Origin: a virus
Strand: one strand, 5' to 3'
Virus record (IMG/VR): IMGVR_UViG_3300027777_000028
Location: 34,377-98,376 of that record
DNA length: 64,000 nucleotides
Shown here: in pieces, positions 49,228 to 57,588 of the stretch
Position numbering within the stretch: position 1 is the first letter of the stretch
Layout: each line of letters opens with the position of its first letter
Made by a program: the position numbers and the translations under genes
The notes under the pieces: model-generated
The model's database searches: none
Seen by the model: only the letters and a program-made list of their open reading frames with translations
What the model was told of the DNA's origin: nothing

Positions 49228-50028
49228 ATGAAACAAAAAAACACAGGATCTCCAATTAATCAGGAGGAAATTTCGCACTACCTTAAAGACATTAGAAAAA
49301 TTAAGGTAATGACCGCAGAAAGAGAACGAGAGTTGGCGAAAATTATGAAGTCTGATGATTTAGAATTAACCCAAAAACAAAGAATTGAAGAAGAACTTTT
49401 AACGGGAAACCTTCGTTTTGTAATTACGGTGGCAAAACAATATCAAAATCAAGGTTTGGATTTATCAGACTTGATTGCTGAAGGAAATTTGGGTTTAATG
49501 AAGGCGATTAAAAACTTTGATTGGAACAAAGATTTGAGATTTATATCATATGCGGTTTGGTGGGTAAAACAATCTATAATCCAATCTTTAAATGATAATT
49601 CAAGAACAATTCGTCTTCCAGTCAATGTGGTTCAGGATCTTCATAAGGCAAAGAAAGAGGTTGAACAGACCGGAAAGAAACTTGAGGATAAGTTTGCTTC
49701 ATTACCCTCAATGATAGACTTAGATATGAATATCAATGAAGACGGAGATACGTTATTGGATATGATTGCAAATAAAGATGCTGAATTACCTGATGCGATA
49801 TTTGACACAAAAGACATTTTAAAAGACAAATTACTAAAACTTTTGGATGTTTTGGATGATAGGGAGAGATCAATTGTTGGTGATTACTTTGGATTAACAG
49901 GAACACCAAGAACATTGGAAGACATTGGATCTGATTTTGGATTGACTAAAGAACGTGTTCGTCAGATTAAAGAAAAGGCTCTTCGAAGACTTAGAAATGA
50001 TTCTTCAGAATTGTTTGATTATTTCTAA
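49228..50028 (+). CDS. RNA polymerase sigma70-family factor resembling the Bacteroidota primary sigma (no region 1.1)
   Basis: YLKDIRK, NLRFVITVAKQYQNQGL, DLIAEGNLGL, FISYAVWW, RTIRLP, TLEDIG..FGLTKERVRQIKEKALRRLR. Confidence 0.92.
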   Translation: MKQKNTGSPINQEEISHYLKDIRKIKVMTAERERELAKIMKSDDLELTQKQRIEEELLTGNLRFVITVAKQYQNQGLDLSDLIAEGNLGLMKAIKNFDWNKDLRFISYAVWWVKQSIIQSLNDNSRTIRLPVNVVQDLHKAKKEVEQTGKKLEDKFASLPSMIDLDMNINEDGDTLLDMIANKDAELPDAIFDTKDILKDKLLKLLDVLDDRERSIVGDYFGLTGTPRTLEDIGSDFGLTKERVRQIKEKALRRLRNDSSELFDYF

Positions 50029-50034
50029 AAAAGT

Positions 50035-50065
50035 TTTGGCAAATTAAATATTTGTATTATCTTTG
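50035..50065 (+). promoter_or_regulatory. Bacteroidota-type promoter with no downstream ORF
   Basis: TTTG (50035-50038), 19-nt spacer, TATCTTTG (50058-50065). Confidence 0.65.
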
Positions 50066-50067
50066 TA

Positions 50068-50272
50068 TAACAAACGACGATAGATATAATCAATTAAGTT
50101 TGTCGGGTTTGAATTTTTAGAATCGGACCAAAAAAAAAAAGGGTTGAACCGAGATTACCCTAACAACTCGGCGGAATGAGACACGAGGTTCTCAAGGTGA
50201 AAATCCTCAATCTTATCTATATGGTGAGATGAAACTACACTCCCCCACTGATATCGGTGGGGGTTTTATTTT
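50068..50272 (+). ncRNA. Putative structured non-coding RNA of about 200 nt with two tandem H-type pseudoknots
   Basis: GC-richer ORF-free interval between a promoter and a terminator. Pairings: AGGGT/ACCCT + CCGAG/CTCGG; TGAGA/TCTCA + GAGG/CCTC; ATCTTATC/GGTGAGAT. Confidence 0.55.
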
Positions 50273-50274
50273 TT
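50242..50274 (+). terminator. Intrinsic terminator
   Basis: CCCCCACTGA-TA-TCGGTGGGGG followed by TTTTATTTTTTT. Confidence 0.85.
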
Positions 50275-50723
50275 TATACCCAAATAACTAATTGATCTTT
50301 ACCAACTTTAAACGGGTTATCTAATGATTCTCTAAAAACAGTATATACTTTCAATATCCAGTAAGTCCCCCCTTGAAATTCAGCACCAATCGCAAGAGCC
50401 AACTCCCATTTCAAAGATTTTACCACAAATTCAGTTCCGTCATTAATTTCTCTTTCGACTATTTTTTCTGCAATTTCTTTTTTTGCTAAATTCAATACCT
50501 CTTTAATTTCTGAATTACTAATTTCTCTTTGATTATATTCATATGAGTGTTTGCCTGTTAGTTTGAAACCTTGACCTTCTAATTCTTTTCTATTTTTTCT
50601 ATTGAACGCATGAAGACCACGATCTACTTCTAAATTAAACGATACTTCAATATTTGACACTATTTGAGCAATAGTTTTTTCGATTAATAATTGTTTTTTA
50701 ATTGATTCTCTAAGTAAAGACAT
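50274..50723 (-). CDS. Hypothetical protein, possibly a BECR/DUF4258-like RNase fold
   Basis: HAFNRKNR...REISNSEI...ILKVYTVFR pattern; TATTTAT upstream. Confidence 0.5.
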   Translation of the reverse strand: MSLLRESIKKQLLIEKTIAQIVSNIEVSFNLEVDRGLHAFNRKNRKELEGQGFKLTGKHSYEYNQREISNSEIKEVLNLAKKEIAEKIVEREINDGTEFVVKSLKWELALAIGAEFQGGTYWILKVYTVFRESLDNPFKVGKDQLVIWV

Positions 50724-50766
50724 ATAAATTGTTTATAATAAATATTTATAGAATAAACTTTAAAAC

Positions 50767-52092
50767 ATGAATAGCAAATTTTTACCTTGGTTATTATTGT
50801 TTTGTGCACTTGGACTATCGGGAACGGCAGCATATTATAGTGTATACGGACTTTCAATTATATTTTCAGGAGTTTCAATACCTGTAATCATTATGGGATC
50901 TTTTTTGGAGATCTCTAAAATATCAATTGCGACTTATCTTCACGATAGTTGGAACAAGGTATATGGTGTGTTAAAGTTGTATTTAACCATGGCTCTTGTG
51001 ACTTTATCGATTTTAACTTCAATTGGTATTTATGGACTTTTGGCCACAGGGTTTCAAAAGAGTATTGCTGGTCTTGAGATCAATAACAAAAAAATTAAAA
51101 ATGTTGAAGTAAAAAAACAAAGGTTTGAGGAAATTAAAAAAGAATTTCAAAAAGAAAAAAAGGGATTGGATAAGGACATCACAAGTTTAAGAACAGCCCT
51201 TTCAACAAGCACAACAACTCAAACTGTTGATAGAAGATCAGGACAAGTTGTTACAAAGGCGAACAATGAAAATAGGAAGGCATTTCAACAACAATTAAGT
51301 ATTGCTCAACAATCAAGGGACACTTTAAGTAAAAAAATTGATAATTTAAACGATAGTATAACAAACTTGGACATTCAAATTTTGGATATATCATCTAAAG
51401 AAATTGAATCGGGAGAATTGGGGGCGATTAAATATCTAAGTGAAATCACGGGATGGGAGGTTAAAAAAACTGCAAACTTTTTTATTTTAACTTTAATATT
51501 TGTTTTTGATCCCTTGGCAATTGCTCTTGTTATATCAACAAATCAAGCATTTAAAAAATATAGAAGAAAAGAAGAGGACGATGAAATCAAACCTGTTATT
51601 AAAGAAATTTTTGAAGAAGACGAAGTTGAGATTCCTGAAAGTTATTTTGCAAATTCTACCCCCCAAGTCACCCCTCAAGTCACCCCCCAAGTCACCCCCC
51701 AAGTTGAGACTGAAATAATTGAAAAAATTGTTGAAGTTCCTGTTGAAGTGGATAGAATTGTTGAAGTTCCTGTTGAAGTAATTAAGGAGGTTGAAAGGAT
51801 TGTTGAGATTCCTGTGGATAGAATTGTTGAGGTAGTTAGGGAAGTCCCCGTAGATAGAATGGTTGAGATAGTTAGAGAAATACCTGTTGAAGTAATTAAG
51901 GAGGTTGAAAAAATTGTTGAAGTTCCTGTTGAAGTGATTAAGGAGATTGAAAAGATTGTTGAAGTTCCTGTAAACTATTATGTTAAAGAAAATGGTGACA
52001 TTTTAGATCAAGAAGGGTATATGATGGACAAAGTCAAACTAGACAAAAAAAATGAAGAATCTAATAGGAGGGTATTATCTTATAAAAAATAA
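50767..52092 (+). CDS. Membrane protein with 4 predicted TM segments, a coiled coil and C-terminal VEVPVE repeats
   Basis: Three hydrophobic N-terminal helices, heptad region, LIFVFDPLAIALVI, repeat tail. Confidence 0.8.
   Translation: MNSKFLPWLLLFCALGLSGTAAYYSVYGLSIIFSGVSIPVIIMGSFLEISKISIATYLHDSWNKVYGVLKLYLTMALVTLSILTSIGIYGLLATGFQKSIAGLEINNKKIKNVEVKKQRFEEIKKEFQKEKKGLDKDITSLRTALSTSTTTQTVDRRSGQVVTKANNENRKAFQQQLSIAQQSRDTLSKKIDNLNDSITNLDIQILDISSKEIESGELGAIKYLSEITGWEVKKTANFFILTLIFVFDPLAIALVISTNQAFKKYRRKEEDDEIKPVIKEIFEEDEVEIPESYFANSTPQVTPQVTPQVTPQVETEIIEKIVEVPVEVDRIVEVPVEVIKEVERIVEIPVDRIVEVVREVPVDRMVEIVREIPVEVIKEVEKIVEVPVEVIKEIEKIVEVPVNYYVKENGDILDQEGYMMDKVKLDKKNEESNRRVLSYKK
51658..51705 (+). repeat. 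12-bp tandem repeat x4 (TPQV)
   Basis: ACCCCCCAAGTC units, near-perfect and in frame. Confidence 0.9.
51721..51972 (+). repeat. Coding repeats (E/D)(K/R)IVEVPVEVIKEV
   Basis: Recurrent gttgaagttcctgttgaagt; a similar block lies at about 41872-41985. Confidence 0.85.
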
Positions 52093-52095
52093 AAT

Positions 52096-52689
52096 ATGAA
52101 AATAATTAAACAATTATTTGATACAAATTTTTCTAAAATTGATAATAAAAAACAAATTGTCTTGGTTCATACGTCAAGAAGTTTGTTCGACTATGTTGTA
52201 TCTTTAAAAACTAGATACAATGGAAAACCACAAAAATTACCACATTATATTGTGGGTCAAGATGGGAAAGTCATTCAACTTTTGGATGACAACGTTAATG
52301 GTAATTATTTTAATAACATCACAATAAATTACAAATCAATAGTAATTTCATTAGAAAATTTGGGTTGGTTAGAAAAAGAACCATTAAAAAATCATCACAT
52401 AAACTGGATCGGCAATATTTATAAAGAAAAAGTTGTAGATAGAAAGTGGAGGGATTATTTTTTTTGGCATCCGTATACGGAGATTCAGTTGGAAAATACT
52501 GCAAAACTTTGTAATAAGTTGTCAAAAAAACATAACATAAATTCAAAGTTTATCGGACATAATACCAAAGTAAAAGGATCGGAAACCTTTTTGGGTATTA
52601 TAACAAGATCCAACTTTGATGAATATGCCACAGACATAAGTCCGGCATTTGATTTTGAAAGATTTAATAACTTATTAAAAAATGAATAA
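52096..52689 (+). CDS. N-acetylmuramoyl-L-alanine amidase (Amidase_2-like), candidate endolysin
   Basis: IVLVHTS, PHYIVGQDGKVIQL, SIVISLEN, YTEIQLE..AKL, FIGHN, TDISPAFDF. Confidence 0.8.
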   Translation: MKIIKQLFDTNFSKIDNKKQIVLVHTSRSLFDYVVSLKTRYNGKPQKLPHYIVGQDGKVIQLLDDNVNGNYFNNITINYKSIVISLENLGWLEKEPLKNHHINWIGNIYKEKVVDRKWRDYFFWHPYTEIQLENTAKLCNKLSKKHNINSKFIGHNTKVKGSETFLGIITRSNFDEYATDISPAFDFERFNNLLKNE

Positions 52690-53272
52690 TTACGACGAAA
52701 TAAAAAAATTGATTGAAGCCTCAAGAAAGGCTCTTAATGGTAAGATCAATGAAAGTTCCAAGACTGAAATTAGAAAACAATATGGTTTATTGTTAGAACA
52801 AAATGAAGATGAGGTTGATTTGAACATTGACATTAAAAAAGAAGAGGGTAAAAATTCAGAACCAAAAGACTCTGATGATATTGGAACACCAAGAGACAAA
52901 CAAAAAGCGTTTAGAGTTCAAGGAAACATCATCGTATTACACGGAAAAACAAAATCTGATACACAATTAACCACAGATGAAAAAAACGCGTTTGTCGAAA
53001 GCGTTGACGAGTTTAGAAATCAAGTTGCTGAGTTAGTTGATTTTGGAAAATTAAATGTTTTTCCTGAAAATGTTGAATGGAGTGGAAAAATATTGGAACT
53101 AGATTTGGAGTTCTTCTACACAATAAATGAACCAAATGGGATTTATGTGAACGGACAAATGGTTAAAATTGATCAACAATATTTAGAAATGATTGGGAAA
53201 TTACAATCTTATTATGAGAAATTTAAAGCAAAATGGGGTAAAATAGTCTCATCAAGACAAGAAGACGTATGA
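52682..53272 (+). CDS. Hypothetical protein, putative head-associated
   Basis: N-terminal EIKKLIE...INES..EIRKQYGLLLEQ. Confidence 0.65.
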   Translation: MNNYDEIKKLIEASRKALNGKINESSKTEIRKQYGLLLEQNEDEVDLNIDIKKEEGKNSEPKDSDDIGTPRDKQKAFRVQGNIIVLHGKTKSDTQLTTDEKNAFVESVDEFRNQVAELVDFGKLNVFPENVEWSGKILELDLEFFYTINEPNGIYVNGQMVKIDQQYLEMIGKLQSYYEKFKAKWGKIVSSRQEDV

Positions 53273-53622
53273 AACAATTTTTAACATATAATTGGAAAAC
53301 AATCACTCTCACAATATTGGGGGTGATTTTTGTTTATTTATTAATTCGTGTTTTTACACCATTACCTGATCATAGCGATTTGAACAAATATAAGTTAGAA
53401 CAAATTGATAAAAAAACCGAAGAAATTAAAAAACTTCAAAAAGACCTTAAAGATTCGATAATATCTTATAAAATGAAAATAAAAGATATTGACACCAAAA
53501 TTTCAAATATAAAAATAGAAAAAAATCAAATTAATAATTATTACACCATTAAAGAGGAAGAAATTAAAAGTGCAGATAAGAAAAAAATTGATAGTTTATT
53601 AAGAAAAAGATATAAATTTTAA
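53269..53622 (+). CDS. Single N-terminal TM plus coiled coil; i-spanin-like candidate
   Basis: ITLTILGVIFVYLLI followed by heptads; near the amidase. Confidence 0.5.
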   Translation: MKQFLTYNWKTITLTILGVIFVYLLIRVFTPLPDHSDLNKYKLEQIDKKTEEIKKLQKDLKDSIISYKMKIKDIDTKISNIKIEKNQINNYYTIKEEEIKSADKKKIDSLLRKRYKF

Positions 53623-53624
53623 AT

Positions 53625-54047
53625 ATGAAAAAAATATTTTCACTTCTTGTTATCATGTTAGTTGGGATAAATGGTTTTTCTCAAAAAAACAATAATTCAA
53701 ATTCAGATACATCAAAAATGTGTATTCCATATTCTGTTGTTCAAAAAATTCTTATAGATCTAAACGATTATGATAAGTTAAAAGAATTATCACAATTAGA
53801 TAAAAAAGAAATAACTCAGTTAAATAATAAAATTTTATTTCTTCAAAAAGAAAATAAAGCTTGGATGTCAGAAGACTCTTTGAATAGAGTTATTATTTCA
53901 GAAAAAAACGAAAAAATTAAGATTTATGAAGAAGAAAATCTTGATTTAAAAAAAGAAAACAAAAGAATTAAAACAAAAAACGTTTTATTTAATATAATTT
54001 CGGCAGTAATTATCGCTCCATTAACCTACATAGCAATTTTTAAATAA
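53625..54047 (+). CDS. Signal peptide, coiled coil and C-terminal hydrophobic anchor; spanin-like candidate
   Basis: MKKIFSLLVIMLVGINGFSQ (Bacteroidota-style signal ending before Gln) and C-terminal VLFNIISAVIIAPLTYIAIF. Confidence 0.5.
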   Translation: MKKIFSLLVIMLVGINGFSQKNNNSNSDTSKMCIPYSVVQKILIDLNDYDKLKELSQLDKKEITQLNNKILFLQKENKAWMSEDSLNRVIISEKNEKIKIYEEENLDLKKENKRIKTKNVLFNIISAVIIAPLTYIAIFK

Positions 54048-54292
54048 TGGCATTTTCATCTACAGAAAAAAAAGAAATTGAAGTATTGATTCGAAAGGAA
54101 ATTAAAGACTTTTTTGATTCAAGCACTTCTAAACAATTTGAAAAAAAATTGTTAGATAAAATTTCTCAAGATTTACAAAAGGGTGGGTTAAAAAGAGACG
54201 TTAAAGACATAGTCATAAAATCTTTCCAAGAATATTTTACTGTTATGTATCAACAGAGAGGATTTTGGGAACAAAAATTCAAAAGTATATAA
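54047..54292 (+). CDS. Hypothetical protein
   Basis: TAATG-coupled ORF. Confidence 0.65.
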   Translation: MAFSSTEKKEIEVLIRKEIKDFFDSSTSKQFEKKLLDKISQDLQKGGLKRDVKDIVIKSFQEYFTVMYQQRGFWEQKFKSI

Positions 54293-55044
54293 TGGACTCA
54301 AATGTAACAGAAAAATTAAAATCGGCCATGACAAGTGCTTTAGCTGGTCAACCAGAGTTAAGAAGAAATGTCGTTAAAAGTATTGAGAAGGCTGAAGTGA
54401 AAGAAGAAAAAACACCACGATATTTGAATTTTTTAAAAAATCAAAATGATATTATTGAAGTTTATCGTTTAATAAGGAATAAAAAACTTTCTAATAATCA
54501 GATAAGAACAAAAATCAAAGATTATTTGAAAAACCCTGATGATATAAAGAAATTTTTACAATCAATTTTGGATGAAAAAAATCCAAAAAAAGAAGAAAAT
54601 ACTGAGTCAACAGGTGCGGCATCCGCAGGTGGGTATTCTATGCCATTATTTTCTACAACAAAGGGGGATATTACAAAAGGTATAAAAACCGTTAGGGAAA
54701 GTTTAGAAGTTGAAGATTCTGAACTAAAAAAAACTGAAACTAAAGAAGCAACAACTTCAGCATCTTCAGGTCAATATTCACAACCGGCTATATGGGCTAA
54801 ATCCTTGAAGAAAAAAGATTTTAGAGGTTACGCTAAACCTTTATATAAGGGAGGAAAGTTTGTTCAAGTAAAAAAGAAGTGTAAAAAGTTTCCATATTGT
54901 AATCAAGGAGATATAAATGCTTTGAAAATATTTGAAAGTGAACAAGTACAAAAAGCAATTGAAAATGTGTCAGTAAAATATAAATTGAATAAAGAATATA
55001 TTTCTGATCTTATATTTGAAGAAATAATAAAAACGCAAAGATAA
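54292..55044 (+). CDS. Hypothetical putative head protein with a duplicated E..S/A..SG.YS.P motif
   Basis: ESTGAASAGGYSMP and EATTSASSGQYSQP; start 54292 preferred because of TAATG coupling. Confidence 0.65.
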   Translation: MDSNVTEKLKSAMTSALAGQPELRRNVVKSIEKAEVKEEKTPRYLNFLKNQNDIIEVYRLIRNKKLSNNQIRTKIKDYLKNPDDIKKFLQSILDEKNPKKEENTESTGAASAGGYSMPLFSTTKGDITKGIKTVRESLEVEDSELKKTETKEATTSASSGQYSQPAIWAKSLKKKDFRGYAKPLYKGGKFVQVKKKCKKFPYCNQGDINALKIFESEQVQKAIENVSVKYKLNKEYISDLIFEEIIKTQR

Positions 55045-55070
55045 AGATATTTATTAGAAAACAATTAGAA

Positions 55071-56642
55071 ATGAATAAAGAAGAATATATTGTATCAAGA
55101 TTTAAAAAAATCTTAAGAGAAAACATCAACGAAAAAAGTGAATCAATTTTGAACCAATTGAATTACAATAAAGAAGTACCTTTTAATCCTGCTGGAGAGT
55201 CTTTTGATTATGTCCAAGAAGGAGAAACTTGTGAATGTGGTGGAGAAATGTACGAAGGTGAATGTATGGAGTGTGGAAAAGGTTATGGAGAAGTTATGGA
55301 ACGTAAGAACAAATCTAAAGTTTCTATGGAAGATATTGAAGATCTTTTGGGTGATATCAAGGATGATATGGGAAAAGATGATGATGAGTTTGAATTTGAA
55401 TTGGAAGTTGATGAATCTGAATGTATGGAATGTGGTTCTTCATATGAAATGAAAGAAAAATTATACGGAAAACAAAACAAACTTGATAAAAATAAAAATG
55501 GAAAATTGGATTCTGAAGATTTCGAAATGTTAAGAAAACAACAAAATGAAGAAGAACAACTTTATGAAATTGAGTTTGAAAAAGAAGAAACTTATGAAGG
55601 TAATGCTTTTACAGGAGCCTTAGCAAGGGCAAAAAAACAAGGAGACGATTCTTTTGAAGTTGACGGAAAAAAATATGAGGTCACGGAAAAATGGGAAGGA
55701 GATGTTGAAGTGGAACACACAGGAGAATATTCTGACATGTCAATTGAAGAGTTGAACGCGGCGATTAAAAAACAAAAGGATAAAAACGATAGAACTAAAG
55801 AATCGGGAAAAAAAGTGCCTCATGCGGATCGTACAAAAATGAGTCAACTTTATTTTGCTAAAAGAGCAAAACAAGGGTGGAAAGGAAAAGGTAAAGCAAA
55901 AGTTAAAGAATCAATTTTATATACCGAATCTGACTTGATCGATATTATTGAAAAATTAGTTAAAGAAGAAACAAAATTTAAAGTTAAAGAACCAAAAGGT
56001 TACAGAGAATACGAAAGAGCACATAAAGCAGACAAAAAAGAAAATGACGATTATTTAAAAAGTGTTGCTAAAAAGATGACTGATTATTTGAAAGGAGCTT
56101 CTGATTCTGGATCAAAATATGAAATGAAAGAAACTCAAAAATTCCCAACTGAAAATGGGGGAATGAAAAAAGGAAATAGAAAAAAATATACACCATCAGA
56201 TGCTGTTGACGAATATATTGAGGCATTTTCTTATCCTGGACAAACTAACTTGGTTTACGATGAAATTAAACCTAATGATAAGAACATTGAAAAACATCTA
56301 AAAGGTCATAGAACAACAGGAAACGCTCAAGTTGATGATGATGGAAACGCATTGGGTAACGTAGTTCCAAGTGATGTTGGTGAGAAATTCTTCAAAAACT
56401 TTAAAGACAATCTTTATGGTCAAGAACAAATGAGTGCTTCATATAAGAGACAACCACAACCTGTTGATCAGGCTGGTGAACATACAGAAAGAGGTTCATT
56501 AAAGTCAAAAAAAGGTAAAAAAACATCTCAATCAATATTGAATAAAGTTGATGAATCTACAGACCTTAAAAAAGTAGAAAAACTTAACGAAGAATTTGAT
56601 AGAATCAATAATTTAATGTCTTATAATAGAAAGACTCAATAA
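55071..56642 (+). CDS. Highly charged putative internal head / scaffold-like protein
   Basis: Repeated EC(M)ECG, EF-hand-like DKNKNGKLDSEDF, C-terminal LNEEFDRINNLMSY; TATTTAT upstream. Confidence 0.65.
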   Translation: MNKEEYIVSRFKKILRENINEKSESILNQLNYNKEVPFNPAGESFDYVQEGETCECGGEMYEGECMECGKGYGEVMERKNKSKVSMEDIEDLLGDIKDDMGKDDDEFEFELEVDESECMECGSSYEMKEKLYGKQNKLDKNKNGKLDSEDFEMLRKQQNEEEQLYEIEFEKEETYEGNAFTGALARAKKQGDDSFEVDGKKYEVTEKWEGDVEVEHTGEYSDMSIEELNAAIKKQKDKNDRTKESGKKVPHADRTKMSQLYFAKRAKQGWKGKGKAKVKESILYTESDLIDIIEKLVKEETKFKVKEPKGYREYERAHKADKKENDDYLKSVAKKMTDYLKGASDSGSKYEMKETQKFPTENGGMKKGNRKKYTPSDAVDEYIEAFSYPGQTNLVYDEIKPNDKNIEKHLKGHRTTGNAQVDDDGNALGNVVPSDVGEKFFKNFKDNLYGQEQMSASYKRQPQPVDQAGEHTERGSLKSKKGKKTSQSILNKVDESTDLKKVEKLNEEFDRINNLMSYNRKTQ

Positions 56643-56690
56643 TTTACATTATTGGGTCTTAACCTATAATTTTTTCATAGTTTACCTACT

Positions 56691-57158
56691 ATGACAAATT
56701 TTTTTAATTACATTACAAAAAATATTGATCCTGAACAAGTTGACACTTGGTTCAGATCAAATTATATAATTCCTGAAAAAATGGAGTTATATTATGATTT
56801 TTCATATAGTATTTTCTTGTTGATCAAAACTACATATTTGGGATCGTTAAATAATAAAAACGAAACAAATATTGAAATGACGGATGAAGACAATCAAAAA
56901 CATTTCGATTGGTGTTGGAAAAAAACAATAAAAAACTTTAAAAAAGAAAACATCAATTTTACGTTAGAGGGAGAGCACTACGATTATTTTTTATCACTAT
57001 TCAGTGAGATATATTACAATCAAAATAGTGAAGACATTAAAAACTCTATTGACATTTTCTTCAACGACCTATTCAACAGAGAAAAAGCTTTTACACAAGT
57101 TGATTTGGATTTAATTTATAATATATATAAATCGTTAGATAAAAATTTAATTAGATAA
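56691..57158 (+). CDS. Hypothetical protein
   Basis: ORF preceded by TTTACA-N16-TATAAT (56643-56670). Confidence 0.7.
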   Translation: MTNFFNYITKNIDPEQVDTWFRSNYIIPEKMELYYDFSYSIFLLIKTTYLGSLNNKNETNIEMTDEDNQKHFDWCWKKTIKNFKKENINFTLEGEHYDYFLSLFSEIYYNQNSEDIKNSIDIFFNDLFNREKAFTQVDLDLIYNIYKSLDKNLIR

Positions 57159-57219
57159 TCTTTACAATGTGGAGATTACATATTATTTTATACTAAATAA
57201 ACTATAATTTTTTAAGAAA

Positions 57220-57390
57220 ATGGATACATTAGAAAAGATTAAAGAACTTACTGAGCAATTGAGTATTGATGTCACTAAGTTTTATGATGGAAACAACAGT
57301 GCAGGAACTAGAGCAAGAAAAACATCACAAGACTTGAAAACAATTTTGCAACAACTAAGAACTGAAATTTTAGAAGAAAGAAAAAAATGA
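57220..57390 (+). CDS. Histone H1-like protein Hc1 family (56 aa), not in the ORF track
   Basis: MDTLEKIKELTEQLSIDVTKFYDGNNSAGTRARKTSQDLKTILQQLRTEILEERKK*; GN.SAGTRARK is the Hc1 signature. Confidence 0.8.
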   Translation: MDTLEKIKELTEQLSIDVTKFYDGNNSAGTRARKTSQDLKTILQQLRTEILEERKK

Positions 57391-57587
57391 TTATGATTAG
57401 TTTGGATATTTTTTTTAAATTTATTTTTGTTTTATCAATAGTATTTGTTGTTAATCAAACAATTAATGTTATTAAAAACATATTTAGTGATGAACCCAAA
57501 AAGATCATTTATGGTCTTCGGGAAAAAATATCCAACTATTTTTTCATTTCGTATCTTATAACATATTTTATTACAAAAATCCTATAA
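57387..57587 (+). CDS. Small 2-TM membrane protein
   Basis: Two hydrophobic segments; ATGA coupling. Confidence 0.6.
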   Translation: MIMISLDIFFKFIFVLSIVFVVNQTINVIKNIFSDEPKKIIYGLREKISNYFFISYLITYFITKIL

Positions 57588-57588
57588 A

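Noticed and set aside
50130-50171. Programmed -1 frameshift signal (A-run plus pseudoknot)
   Set aside because: No ORF runs through the site (the sigma gene stops at 50028), and there is no spacer between the A-run and the pseudoknot.
50141-50240. Known riboswitch or ribozyme (preQ1-I, SAM-I, pistol, hammerhead) or tmRNA
   Set aside because: Only fragmentary resemblances: no preQ1 A-rich tail, no pistol P2, no CUGANGA core, no tRNA-like ends, and no same-strand downstream gene to regulate.
51658-51705. Phase-variable or regulatory repeat
   Set aside because: The 12-bp unit keeps the frame, so copy-number change would only alter linker length.
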